The notes: generated from the letters alone by a model not told the origin. Shown: positions 45,995-55,914, counted from the stretch's first letter. The stretch is 64,000 bases of DNA from Dehalococcoidia bacterium (GCA_963665215.2 CAXXWW010000017.1:289761-353760); one strand, 5' to 3'. A program made the numbers and translations.

Positions 45995-46245
45995 AGGGGT
46001 GGAAGGAGCACCGGAATCGGATTGCTTGCTCCGATGTGGCAGGCTGGCCCATTCACCCTGATTTCAGCTACGGAATCGCCCAACCTGCAACTTGCTGCCC
46101 CACGAGTTTTTCTGTACACGGGTAGTACACCACCAACGACCCCGGGAATCTCGTGCCCTGTGAGGGGGGACCTGTGCATGAGCCTGTGTCAGGACCGCTG
46201 CCGCCGGAGCAGCATGTTCTCCCCAGTAGTCAGCAGTGTGCACCC

Positions 46246-46274
46246 TTGACATTATTAACTGTATACGTTAACAT
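46246..46274 (+). promoter_or_regulatory. Putative higBA promoter with an overlapping inverted repeat
   Basis: TTGACA (46246-46251), a 17-nt spacer and TAACAT (46269-46274). The spacer holds TTAAC..GTTAA arms around GTATAC. The higB GTG is only 8 nt after the -10 element. Confidence 0.45.
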
Positions 46275-46282
46275 CATCAACA

Positions 46283-46561
46283 GTGCACCGATTTAGAGAT
46301 GACGACGCGCAACGCCTCTTCGCCGGACAAACGGTTCGGCGATTGCCGCCCGACATCCAGCGCAGGGCGCGTTTGAGGTTACAGCGAGTGGTAGCCGCGG
46401 CGGCGCTGACCGATCTTCAGGTGCCGCCATCCCATCGGCTGGAAGCATTGCGGGGAGACCGGGAGGGTCGGTACAGCATCCGCATCAATGACCAGTGGCG
46501 CGTGTGCTTCATCTGGACAGACCAGGGTGCGATGGAAATAGAAATCACCGACTACCACTGA
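46283..46561 (+). CDS. higB: HigB-like (RelE/ParE superfamily) toxin
   Basis: 92 aa. FRDDDAQRLFAG...LPPDIQRRARLRL..L..A..L.DL..PPSHRLEALRGDREGRYSIRINDQWRVCF matches the plasmid-maintenance killer (HigB) pattern. Confidence 0.8.
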   Translation: MHRFRDDDAQRLFAGQTVRRLPPDIQRRARLRLQRVVAAAALTDLQVPPSHRLEALRGDREGRYSIRINDQWRVCFIWTDQGAMEIEITDYH

Positions 46562-46572
46562 GGAGGAAACCC

Positions 46573-46863
46573 ATGACCGTCCCCGAACCGATACATCCGG
46601 GCGAGCACCTGTCGGAGATCATGGAGGAGTTGGGCATCACCCAATATCGCCTGGCAAAGACCATAGGAGTGCCCCCGATACGCATCCACGATATTGTCCA
46701 CCGTCGCAGGTCCATCACAGTGGACACCGCGCTGAAGATAGGAAAGGCCCTGGGGACAACTCCGGAGTTTTGGCTGAATCTCCAGAGGATGTACGACCTG
46801 GATGTGGCACGAGCCACTACCGACGTAAGCGGGATCGAGCCGCTTGTGGAGGTATCTGCCTGA
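46573..46863 (+). CDS. higA: HigA antitoxin (XRE-type HTH)
   Basis: IHPGEHLSEIMEELGITQYRLAKTIGVPPIRIHDIVHRRRSITVDTALKIGKALGTTPEFWLNLQ. An AGGAGG lies 6 nt upstream of the ATG at 46573. Confidence 0.85.
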   Translation: MTVPEPIHPGEHLSEIMEELGITQYRLAKTIGVPPIRIHDIVHRRRSITVDTALKIGKALGTTPEFWLNLQRMYDLDVARATTDVSGIEPLVEVSA

Positions 46864-46912
46864 AACCGCCGGGAACCTTTGCGATAGAACGAGGAGACTC
46901 AAGGAGGACAGT

Positions 46913-48585
46913 ATGAAGAAACATCCGCAGCCACTCACACCGGCGGCACTCTACGCCAGGGTGTCCAGCGGTAGGCAGGACGTGGACCTGTCGGTGGCCG
47001 CCCAGCTGAGGGCGTTGAGAAGCTACGCCGAGGCCAACGGATACACCGTCGCACGCGAGTACGTGGACAAGGCCGAGAGCGGGCGGGTCGCTGACCGGCC
47101 ACAGTTCCGGGAGATGATCGAGGAGGGCAGCCAGCCCAACTCCCCTTTCAGGGAGATTCTCGTCTGGAAATTCTCCCGCTTTACTCGTAAGCGGGAGCAC
47201 GCCGTAGCATTCAAGTCCATGCTCCGCAGAAAAGGCGTGAAAGTCGTCTCCATCACCGAACACGCCGACGACTCCCCCACCGGAAAGCTGATGGAGGCCA
47301 TCATCGAGAGCATCGATGAGTTTTACTCAGAGAATCTTGATTCCCTCGTAAAAACCCGTTTTGAGGAAGTTCCAGCGCTTTAGCACATCTGAGCGCTACC
47401 GTATGTTGGGGTAGTACACGGAACAGAGACTGTATATTGTACCCAGGCAAGGGTACGGTTGTTCTAATTCGACCTGCACAGACTTTTTACGAGAGAATCA
47501 ATCTTGCGCAGGAGGTCGTCCGTGGTATGCGGGAAGCCGCATCACGAGGCTTCTTCCTCGGCTCCAAGGCTCCCTTCGGCTACAAGCGCGTCAAGGTCAA
47601 CGACGGAGCCAAGGAGCGGCCCACGTTGGAGGTTGACCTTGCCACCGCTCCTATAGTGAGGGAAATGTTCGAGAGTTCGCTAAGGGGCAACGGCCTCAAA
47701 GAGATATGCAAAGAGCTAAACGATAGGGGCATCACCAACAGGGGAAACCGCTGGTACAAGGGAGGACTCCACTACCTGTTGACCAACGAAGCCTACACCG
47801 GAACCGCGGTCTGGGGCAGAATCAGCAAGGGAGAGAAGGCCCAGGATCCGGTGCGTGTTGAGGGAGCATGGCCCGCCCTGGTGTCCAGAGAGCTGTTCGA
47901 TGCCGTGCAGCAGGCCATGCGGGACCGTGCCCCCAAGGTGCAGAGACCCGCACGGGTGGGCAGCAAGTTCCTGCTGAGCGGACTGCTGAAGTGCGGCGTA
48001 TGCGGCAGGCCCTACTCCGGCCAGGGGGCCAAGAGCGGACAGTACGGCTACTACATCTGCGGCACTCTGTTCAGGGAAGGTGCAGGGACGTGCAGTGCCC
48101 GTTACCTGAACGCCCCCAGGGTGGAGGACTTCATCGTCGAGAAGATCAGGGACCGCATCCTCACCGAGGAGACCATCGTTGAACTGGTGACACTGGTGGC
48201 GGAGGAGATCGACGCGATGGCCGGTGAGCTTGCCGGTAGGCTGGAGGTCGTCTAGGCGGAGCTAGGGGACGTGAGAAAGAGGCTTGAGAGGCTCTACGAG
48301 GCTCTTGAGACCAGCGAGCTGACGCTGGAGGTTCTGTCGCCTCGCATCTTCTCGCTGAGGCACCGCGAGGAGCAGCTGGAGGCTGCGAGAGAGGCCGCTG
48401 CAACTCAGCTTGAGCAGCGCAGGGTGGAGCTGCCGACCACCGAGGAGATCAAGGGGTACTTGGCTGACTTCCGGGAGTTCCTACAGGAGGGGACGTTCCC
48501 TGAGCGCAAGGCCCTCATCCGCAATTTCGTGGAGGGCATCGAGGTGATCGGAGACGAGGCCGTGCTGACGTACACCATCCCCATT
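46913..48585 (+). pseudogene. Large serine recombinase, inactivated three ways
   Basis: The resolvase domain is ALYARVSSGRQD. The MITE plus duplication at 47339-47505 interrupts ..FYSENL/AQEVVRG. An in-frame TAG lies at 48253-48255. Similarity to the 34922-35760 paralog ends at ..LTYTIP (~48583). Confidence 0.85.
47339..47499. mobile_element. MITE copy 2 (161 bp)
   Basis: It has the same termini as copy 1. Direct AATCTT repeats lie at 47333-47338 and 47500-47505. It sits inside the recombinase reading frame. Confidence 0.85.
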
Positions 48586-48733
48586 TCTCAATCGACAACA
48601 AAAACTTCGGTACTCGTGGGCAGTGGACCTGAGCGATGGACAGCCGACGAGAAGGGTTGCTTCTTCCCTGTGATCGCAACCAACAGCCCCAATACGACCA
48701 GGCTAACGCCGCGCGGGTCTCCTGGCCCCACTC

Positions 48734-48895
48734 TCACTCCGGGATGGAGACCTTCAGCGTGTACAGGTGTCCATCGGTTGACCCAATGTACATGACTCCA
48801 CCAACCACCGTCAACAGGTAGAGCCCAACATCGCTCGATTAGGGCGTCACAGAGCGCCAGAGCAGCTCTCCCGTGGAGGCGTCCGGGCGTATAGG
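48734..48895 (-). pseudogene. Possible PQQ/beta-propeller repeat gene remnant
   Basis: Minus-frame peptides GELLWRSVTP and DVGLYLLTVVGGVMYIGSTDGHLYTLKVSIPE resemble PQQ-like repeat ends. They lie in different frames. Confidence 0.25.
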
Positions 48896-49234
48896 TGGTC
48901 ATACTCTGAACCTGCGTTCACTACTCTGTTCGCCACAGTTGGTCCCACGTGTATCGTACTACAAACTCTTCAGCTGACGGTGGCGATTTGAACCCCGGGC
49001 GAGGCGTGCTCCCGCCAGCGTCATGGCTGGGGGTAACCTCATAAGTGTCTGCATCCCGGGAGCCACATTGCTCTGGGAGTGCCCCGTGCCGCTCCAAGGC
49101 AATCCCCACGGATTGCAGCAGACCCAAGGGAACTGACTATCCGACTTACATGCCAGCACGGGGCTGTCCTGGACGCCGGCAGGGCGTGGGAGCCACGTCC
49201 ATTCAGTTCAAGGCTCCTAACGCCAATCGTGCCT

Positions 49235-51009
49235 CTAGTGGTTTCGCCTCACCATTCGCACCACACCTCGGACTACGGTTGCCACGTCGTGAGCTATGGA
49301 TGTGAGCGCACTATCCAACGCCCATCGCACCGCTGTCCGCACGGCTGTAGCTACGGTGCGGGCTATGGATGTGAGCGAACTATTCAGCCAACGCACTGCC
49401 GTGGCTACGCCCCGGGCGATCACTGTTGGGGGACTGTCGGCACCCCATAAGAAGCTCGTCCAGCCCCATCGACGGTATACCCCAGCTACTACGATGCCTC
49501 CAGCGATTGCTCCGATCGCCAACCCTCCAATAACCATCAGCGCCACTGCTAGGGCCGAAAGCTGTGCCCCTCCTTTGTCCATCTCCGGGGGCCTGGGGTT
49601 CACGGCTGGTTCCGCCACAGCAACAGGCGTCCCTGCCTCCGTAGAGGACCATGGGCCTTCCGCGACACCGTTCACCGCTCGTACCTGCACCTCGTACACA
49701 GTACCGTTAGTGAGCGACCATATCTTGTATCTGAAAGGCGGCGTTCCGGTCCCTCGAGTCCAGGCGTCGTCCACTAACTCCCACTCCGCGCCTCCGCTGG
49801 GCCGGTATCGCAGGTCGTAGGCGATGATCACAGAGCCGCTGCCTCTGGTGGGCGCGCTCCACGGCACCGTCAATTCTTCATTCCCTATTGTGATCGTGCC
49901 GATGATGGGCTCGGAGGGTAAGGCGATAACGCTGATGGTGACCGAAATGATGGCGGAACCACCGTAGGAGTCATCGGCCCTCAGGGTCACCGAATAGGAG
50001 TCCTTGGTCGCCCTGTCCAGTGCAGCCTTTTTCTTCAGCTGCCCGGTCGACGAGTCGATTCCGAAGGATGCCGCGTCATTCCCCAAGAGAGAATAGATGA
50101 GTGAGTCGTTGTCGGCATCGGTCGCTTCGACGGGGTTTCCGATGTCGTGGTTGGTGTTCCAGTTCTCGACAACGATCCGGGTAGCAGGGCCACTTTCACT
50201 GAAGGTGGGACTGGCGTTGAATGCGCTGCCGCACATTTCATCGGTCGAGGTAACCGTGACTCCGCCAAGAGCCGGCAGGGGTTCGGTGAAGTGGTTTCCA
50301 CCGATGGTCAGTGTAGTGAGGAAGGCAGCGTTACCCAATTCAGGTGGGACAGCGCCCGTCAACGTGTTGCAATGGAGATTGAGAACCGACAGTTTGATGA
50401 GGTTGCTCAACTCTGGTGGGATGGAGCCGGTGAGTTCGTTGCCGTTGAGGTAGACCTCCGTCAGGACGTTCAAGTCACCCAGCTCTGAGGGGATGGAGCC
50501 GCTGAGTTTGTTGCCGCCTAGATTGAGAACCGACAGTTTGATGAGGTTGCTCAACTCTGGTGGGATGGGGCCGGTGAGTTCGTTGCCGTTGAGGTAGACC
50601 TCCATCAGGACGTTCAAGTCACCCAGCTCTGAGGGGATAGAGCCGCTGAGTTTGTTGCCGCCTAGATTGAGAACCGACAGTTTGATGAGGTTGCCCAGCT
50701 CTGGGGGGATGAGACCGGTGAGTTGGTTGTCGGCGAGGTTGAGGCTCGTCAGGTTGGTGAGGTTGCCCAGCTCAGTTGGGATTGGGCCGCTCAGCTCGTT
50801 GCCGGAGAGGTAGAGCTGCGCCAGGTCGGTGAGGTTGCCCAGCTCTGCGGGGATGAGACCGGTGAGTTGGTTGTCGGCGAGGTTGAGGCTCGTCAGGTTG
50901 GTGAGGTTGCCCAGCTCAGTTGGGATTGGGCCGCTCAGCTCGTTGCCGGAGAGGTAGAGCTGCGCCAGGTCGGTGAGGTGAGAAGTGGCTCCGGAAATCT
51001 GAACAGGGG
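49235..51009 (-). pseudogene. LRR-cadherin-FN3 membrane-anchored surface protein, 5'-truncated
   Basis: It has about nine 24-aa plant-type LRRs (LxLxxNxLSGxIPxELGNL), a cadherin repeat, an FN3 domain, a TM helix and a repetitive C-tail (LTSIA..VATAVR). The upstream part is replaced by IS3 element X copy 2. Confidence 0.75.
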
Positions 51010-51113
51010 GATAAGTGGAATCGCTGCCTGATTGAGGGCATGATAGTGCTCTCGGAGACAGGAGCGAGAGATGAGCAGACGACCCCGCCGTAACCACTCG
51101 GCAGAGTTCAAGT

Positions 51114-52481
51114 GAGGTTACGTCAATAGGTGTGTAAACGACATCAGGCGGCGACCTTCTCAGCCGTTGATTCAATGGCGATTCCATCCGCATACTGTGC
51201 ACCGAGATAGACGTCTTCGATCAACTCAGGGGCCTTCAGACGCCTGAAGCGCTGTTCGGCGACCATCAACATTTTCCAGATCACCGCTATCGCCCGATCG
51301 ACCCTCTTGTAGCGCTTGGCGGCATCGGTCCGAAGCCTGAGGGCCGCGAAGGGTGATTCTACCGGGTTCGTCGTGCGAAGGTGCCCCCAGTGCTCCTTTG
51401 GGAAGTCATAGAAGGTGACCATGCGGTCCCAGTCCCGCTCCAAGGCCTCTGAGGCCGCCTCGTAGGAATGGTCGCCGCACCACCTGGTGAACACCGTCCT
51501 GAGCCGCTCAGCCTCTGTCCGAGTCGGCGCGTAGGGGATAGTACGCAGCATGAGCTTGGCCTGGTCCTGTCGTCGCTTTGGAAGCTTGGCGAGCACGTTT
51601 ACGATCTTGTGGTTCCAGCAGCGTTGCTCTGCCGCCTGCGGATAGACGTTGCGCAGAGCTCCCCAGATGCCCAGGTGTCCGTCTCCAACCACCAGCCTCG
51701 GGCAGCTCAAGCCCCGGCGCTTGATGTCCCTGAGCACCTCGGACCAGTTCTCTGTGGACTCCCTGTATCCGGGAACAGCGCTCACCACCACCTTGCTCCC
51801 GTCGCTCAGGGCCGCCATCACCACCAGTACCGCCGCCTTCTCCTTCTCAAGACCAGCCTTGACGTAGACTCCATCCACCCACATGTAGACCACTTCCAGG
51901 TCATCGAGGGGCCGGCTGCGCCATTGGGCAAGCTCATCGTTCCACTTATCCTTCAACCGGGCCACCGTGCTCGCCGATACCGGTGCGTCCTCTCCCAGCA
52001 GCCCCCGCAAAGCCAGATCGAAGTCGCCTTCGGATAGACCGTGCAGGTACAGCTCGGGGATCAACTCAGCAACCTTCCTGGTCCTGTTGACGAACAGCGG
52101 CAGCAGCCGGCTCTCGAACTGCTCCTCGGTATCGCGGACTCGCGGCCGCCTCAGCTGTATCGTTCCCGAACTCAGCGTAAGCCTCCGGGCTCTGCCGTAT
52201 CCGTTCCGATAGCCGGTATCTGAGTCCGAGTCGGATCTGAGCGCCGACTTCGCCCTTCCCAGAAACCCCGTCACCTCCTCCTCCAGCAACTCCTGGATCA
52301 GCCTCTGGACCTGGCTTCGCACCCAATCCTCCAACTGCTCCCACTCCGGCCTTGACTCCGACCTACTCTCAGTGCTTTCCTTCCTCATGGGCGGTCTATC
52401 TCCTCTCTTGGGCCTCGAGCCCGTGTTGTTCAGAGAGAGGGTACACCGCCTGACTGTTTACACACTTTTTGAAGATACCTC
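51114..52481 (-). mobile_element. IS256-family IS, copy 7, with an 8-bp target duplication
   Basis: GTTCAAGT is present at 51106-51113 and 52482-52489, inside IS3 element X orfA. Confidence 0.95.
51144..52388 (-). CDS. IS256-family transposase
   Basis: A 414-aa intact ORF. Confidence 0.95.
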   Translation of the reverse strand: MRKESTESRSESRPEWEQLEDWVRSQVQRLIQELLEEEVTGFLGRAKSALRSDSDSDTGYRNGYGRARRLTLSSGTIQLRRPRVRDTEEQFESRLLPLFVNRTRKVAELIPELYLHGLSEGDFDLALRGLLGEDAPVSASTVARLKDKWNDELAQWRSRPLDDLEVVYMWVDGVYVKAGLEKEKAAVLVVMAALSDGSKVVVSAVPGYRESTENWSEVLRDIKRRGLSCPRLVVGDGHLGIWGALRNVYPQAAEQRCWNHKIVNVLAKLPKRRQDQAKLMLRTIPYAPTRTEAERLRTVFTRWCGDHSYEAASEALERDWDRMVTFYDFPKEHWGHLRTTNPVESPFAALRLRTDAAKRYKRVDRAIAVIWKMLMVAEQRFRRLKAPELIEDVYLGAQYADGIAIESTAEKVAA

Positions 52482-52852
52482 GTTCAAGTCGAAGGTGGCT
52501 CTTGCCGCAGTGCGCGGCGACCGGACACTTTCGGAGCTGGCAAGCCAGTTCGATGTGCACCCGAACCAGATCACGCAATGGAAGACCCAGTTGCTGGATC
52601 GGGCGGCGCAGTTATTTGGGGCCGGGACAGGGCAGGCTGAAAAGCCGGTAGATATGAAGGTCCTTCACGCTAAGATCGGTGAGCTTGCGTTGGAGAACGA
52701 TTTTTTAGGGACTTACCCGTTTGTGTACCAAAGCAAAGGGAGGCTAGTTAAGTGAATGCGGACGAATACCCGGCTCGTCAAGAACATGCTGCATCGCAGT
52801 AATCAGACGCTCTGCCTGTTAGTCTGCCGAATAAGTAGTTATAGGGGCTAGG

Positions 52853-53128
52853 GTGTCTTTCAAGAGATGCCCTCATTGTGATTCACCGGGAGGCCCAAAG
52901 ACGCTTCGGCATCAGGTCAGCATGCCGATCAATGGCCGAGTGCAGTGCATAGATTTTTGTATTCATCCACTTGTTGCCGCTTTGAACGCTGGCGGTATCA
53001 TAACGACAGCCAGTTGTTGCGGGCATCAAAAGATGAAGGGGAACATCGTGCTTGAAGATGGGCGTACGCTCATCATCCAGCCAACGCCAGACTCCAATGA
53101 TGCTTGGAGCCAGGCCGTTACCTTCTAA
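52853..53128 (+). CDS. Small Cys/His-rich hypothetical protein
   Basis: 91 aa with CPHC near the N-terminus and CIDFCIHPLVAALNAGGIITTASCCGH. It starts with GTG. Its stop overlaps the stop of the convergent gene. Confidence 0.45.
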   Translation: MSFKRCPHCDSPGGPKTLRHQVSMPINGRVQCIDFCIHPLVAALNAGGIITTASCCGHQKMKGNIVLEDGRTLIIQPTPDSNDAWSQAVTF

Positions 53129-53331
53129 CTTGTGTGACAGGCTGGCGAGCAGTGGGCACAGCCATCTACTTGTGAGTAGTGCTTACGTGCCGCAACAACT
53201 GCTGGATGGCAGGAGGCAAAAGCGCGGAGGTGTATGCGATTCAGGACATCAGGCAACCAAGGGCATCCCACCCTGTGAACCTCGTGGTCACCATTTGATT
53301 GTGCATTCCTATTTACATAATAGTCTGCCAT
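53125..53331 (-). CDS. Small Cys-rich hypothetical protein (MADYYVN...GCxxCxxxCHTS type)
   Basis: 68 aa: MADYYVNRNAQSNGDHEVHRVGCPWLP...GCAHCSPACHTS. From memory this resembles a widespread uncharacterised small-protein family. Its ATG directly follows the stop of the upstream ORF. Confidence 0.55.
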   Translation of the reverse strand: MADYYVNRNAQSNGDHEVHRVGCPWLPDVLNRIHLRAFASCHPAVVAARKHYSQVDGCAHCSPACHTS

Positions 53332-53511
53332 CTATCCACTCCCCCTGGTTTGATCCTTGCTAGGCTTGCGCCCCGATTCCTGCTCGTATCGCCAGACCTC
53401 TTTGGGCTTGGCCTTGAGCACCACTTCCGCCAGGGTGTCCATGTCAGTTTCCAACGGCTCCGGCATCGGGCACTTCGGTGGTCGGCCCCTAGGCTTCTTC
53501 TGTTTAGACAT
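53332..53511 (-). CDS. Small AT-hook-like protein (59 aa, below the ORF-track cutoff)
   Basis: My translation gives MSKQKKPRGRPPKCPMPEPLETDMDTLAEVVLKAKPKEVWRYEQESGRKPSKDQTRGSG. A GGGGGAGGGG lies upstream of the ATG at 53511. The TAG at 53332-53334 abuts the next ATG. Confidence 0.5.
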   Translation of the reverse strand: MSKQKKPRGRPPKCPMPEPLETDMDTLAEVVLKAKPKEVWRYEQESGRKPSKDQTRGSG

Positions 53512-53537
53512 GGTGCCCCTCCCCCATTTGTGAAGCC

Positions 53538-53705
53538 TTAACGTTTTGATACTCCGGCCAAGCGATCTTGAACTTGTCGAAGGGTAGTAAAGACCTCATA
53601 TCGATCAGGGCTAGCCTTCGATGCAGTGGTGTAAAGAAGAAAATACCTAGGCCCACGAGCTTTGGCAATCTCGCTCGTTATCTGGTCTAGTTTATTCACA
53701 AGCAT
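53538..53705 (-). CDS. Small ORF or C-terminal gene remnant
   Basis: MLVNKLDQITSEIAKARGPRYFLLYTTASKASPDRYEVFTTLRQVQDRLAGVSKR (55 aa). Its start lies about 20 nt from the IS1380-B / IS1182-like junction, so it may be a truncation product. Confidence 0.3.
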   Translation of the reverse strand: MLVNKLDQITSEIAKARGPRYFLLYTTASKASPDRYEVFTTLRQVQDRLAGVSKR

Positions 53706-53723
53706 TCTCAGTATGTCCTTTAA

Positions 53724-55442
53724 CCCGAATCCACCGAAGGAGGGCGTCGGGTTAGCGTCCTGAGGCGGCAAGAAGGTGCTCCTGTGCTTCTGGGATAATG
53801 GTTTTGTAGCAAAAAAACGGCCCCGGAAAAGGAGCACCCAGTAGATGCTGCCACGCAACCACCCCGACCGGATCCAAATCACCTTCGACGACCGCCGCTT
53901 GGTGGCCAATGCCGGGCTGCTCCTTCCGGCCACCCTGGCGCGGCACCTCGGCCTGCCCGAACTCGTCCGGCAGCGCCTCGACCTGGGCGATGCCCCGGGG
54001 CGGGCGAACACGAGCGACAAGATGATGACGCTGGTGGCGTCTGCGCTGGCTGGGGGCGACTGCATTGACGACGCCGATGTGTTGCGCACCGGGGGGACGG
54101 CCTGCACCCTGGGCGGCACTCTCAAGGCGCCATCCACCCTGGGCACCTTCCTGCGCAGCTTCCGGTGGGGCCACGTCCGTCAACTCGACCGGGTGAGCCG
54201 CGAGTTGCTGGCCCGGGCTTGGCAGGCCGGGGCGGGACCCGGCGACGGGCCCCTGACCATTGACCTGGACTCCACCATCTGCGAGACCTACGGACTGGCC
54301 AAGGAGGGCGCCCGCCACCACGGCTATACCGGCAAGCGGGGCTACCACCCGCTGCTGGCCATCGCCGCCGGCACCGGAGACGTGCTGATGTCCCGGCTGC
54401 GCGAGGGCCGGGCCAACACCGCCCGCGGCGCCGCCCACTTCCTGCGGGAGACGGTGGGACGGGTGCGCTACGCCGGGGCCAACGGACGACTCACGCTACG
54501 GGCCGACAGCGGGTTCTACACTCATGGCGTGGTATCCGTCTGCCGCAAGATGGATGTCCGCTTCTCCATCACCATCCGCCAGCACAAAAGCCTGCACAAT
54601 CTCATCGAGGCGATACCCGAAGATGCCTGGACGCCGATTCCTTACTGGATGGACGGCGCCGCCGATGTGGCCGAGACCACCTGCACCCCCTTCCAGGCCG
54701 AGGCGGACGCCGCGCCGGTACGGCTCATCGTCCGGCGGGTGAAGCCCACGCCCGGTTCCCAACTGGCCCTCTTCGCCAAATACAGCTATCATGGCTTCAT
54801 CACCGACCGGGACGGGGAGTTGCTCGAACTGGAGGCTGACCATCGCCGCCACGCCGAGATCGAGAATGCCATACGCGACCTCAAGTACGGCGTCGGGCTG
54901 AACCATCTCCCCTCGGGCCGCTTCGCCGCCAACGGCGCCTGGCTGGCCGTCCAGACGATGGCCCACAACCTGGCCCGCTGGACGGCGCGGATCGGTCTGG
55001 GAGAGCGGATAGCCACCACCAAGACCCTCCGGCGGCGGTTCTTCTCCCTGGCCGGACGGCTCACCCGCTCGGCACGCCGGTTGACCCTGCATCTTCCGGA
55101 TCGCTGGCCTTGGGCTGAGAAGTTCAGCCGCGCCTTGGCCCGGCTGCGAGCCATTCCACTCCCGGCCTGACGGCACCGTCGGCGACCGACCCACCCACCG
55201 GACAACCGAAGATCCCCGCAGACTCGTGCCAGCCCGGTCCGAGAGAGTTCCCTGCTGCGTATTCTCTCGCCATCCCGCGCATCGCAGCTCCCGCAGACGG
55301 CCATAGGGGCCCCTGTGCGGCGATGAAGACCGTCCGCCGACCTCCCTACCCCAAATGGAACCCAGGCTATTTCCCCTGTAGCTCCCTCACCCCCCTTCCG
55401 CTTTCCTCACGCCGTCCATCGGTGTCCTTCGGTGGATTCGGG
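53724..55442 (+). mobile_element. IS1380-family insertion sequence, copy B
   Basis: The termini are CCCGAATCCACCGAAGGAG and GTCCTTCGGTGGATTCGGG. A 5-bp direct repeat TTTAA lies at 53719-53723 and 55443-55447. Confidence 0.85.
53845..55170 (+). CDS. IS1380-family DDE transposase
   Basis: 441 aa, colinear with 1192-2517. Confidence 0.85.
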   Translation: MLPRNHPDRIQITFDDRRLVANAGLLLPATLARHLGLPELVRQRLDLGDAPGRANTSDKMMTLVASALAGGDCIDDADVLRTGGTACTLGGTLKAPSTLGTFLRSFRWGHVRQLDRVSRELLARAWQAGAGPGDGPLTIDLDSTICETYGLAKEGARHHGYTGKRGYHPLLAIAAGTGDVLMSRLREGRANTARGAAHFLRETVGRVRYAGANGRLTLRADSGFYTHGVVSVCRKMDVRFSITIRQHKSLHNLIEAIPEDAWTPIPYWMDGAADVAETTCTPFQAEADAAPVRLIVRRVKPTPGSQLALFAKYSYHGFITDRDGELLELEADHRRHAEIENAIRDLKYGVGLNHLPSGRFAANGAWLAVQTMAHNLARWTARIGLGERIATTKTLRRRFFSLAGRLTRSARRLTLHLPDRWPWAEKFSRALARLRAIPLPA

Positions 55443-55451
55443 TTTAAGCTT

Positions 55452-55846
55452 GATTCCCTCGCAAAAAGGCCTGTTTGAGATGAACCCTGGCGTGCGAAGG
55501 GGCCTGGAAGGGAGGAGGCCACGGGATGCCGGCTGCTGGGCTCACCGCACCATCTGCTGCGCTCAGGACAAGCGTGATCCCGTTGCGGTACCCCTTCCGT
55601 GGCTCAGGGCACCCGGTGGAAGCTGTGGAGCGGCGCCCTCATGCGGCCGCGACCGCAGGTACCGTCCCGACCGCCCGCTGAGCCGTGTTCTCCATCTCCA
55701 CCAGGCGTGCATGGACCATCCGCTTGAAGTTGCACGCCAACGTCTTCAGGTAGACGGCAAGCCGCACCCGACGGCCCCCTCGCACCCGCAAGCGCCCAAG
55801 CCCGTGGGCGCGCTTGAGCTCGGAGTTCATTCCCTCGATCCCGGCC
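55452..55846 (-). mobile_element. IS1182-like element, copy I (right-end fragment only)
   Basis: It starts with GATTCCCTCGCAAAAAGG. The minus strand encodes the transposase C-terminus ..NSELKRAHGLGRLRVRGGRRVRLAVYLKTLACNFKRMVHARLVEM. It is cut at 55846 by IS3 element Y. Confidence 0.8.
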
Positions 55847-55914
55847 TGACCTGCCCCCCAAGAACTGGTCCAGGTGTAATGTTAGTCCTGGGCCTGAAAG
55901 AAAGGGGGGTAAAG

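Larger units (their letters stand above)
51010..52709 (+). mobile_element. IS3-family element X, copy 2 (carries IS256 copy 7; truncated after the frameshift heptamer)
   Basis: The left end is GATAAGTGGAATCGCTGCC. orfA starts at 51071 (MSRRPRRNHSAEFKSKVALAAVRGD..). Identity to copy 1 stops at ..GATTTTTTAG (52709). Confidence 0.75.

Noticed and set aside
50300-51000. Regularly spaced ~72-bp DNA repeats that could at first glance be mistaken for a CRISPR-like array.
   Set aside because: They are the coding repeats of the LRR domain (24 codons each), with no unique spacers between them. No CRISPR array or cas gene is visible anywhere in the window.
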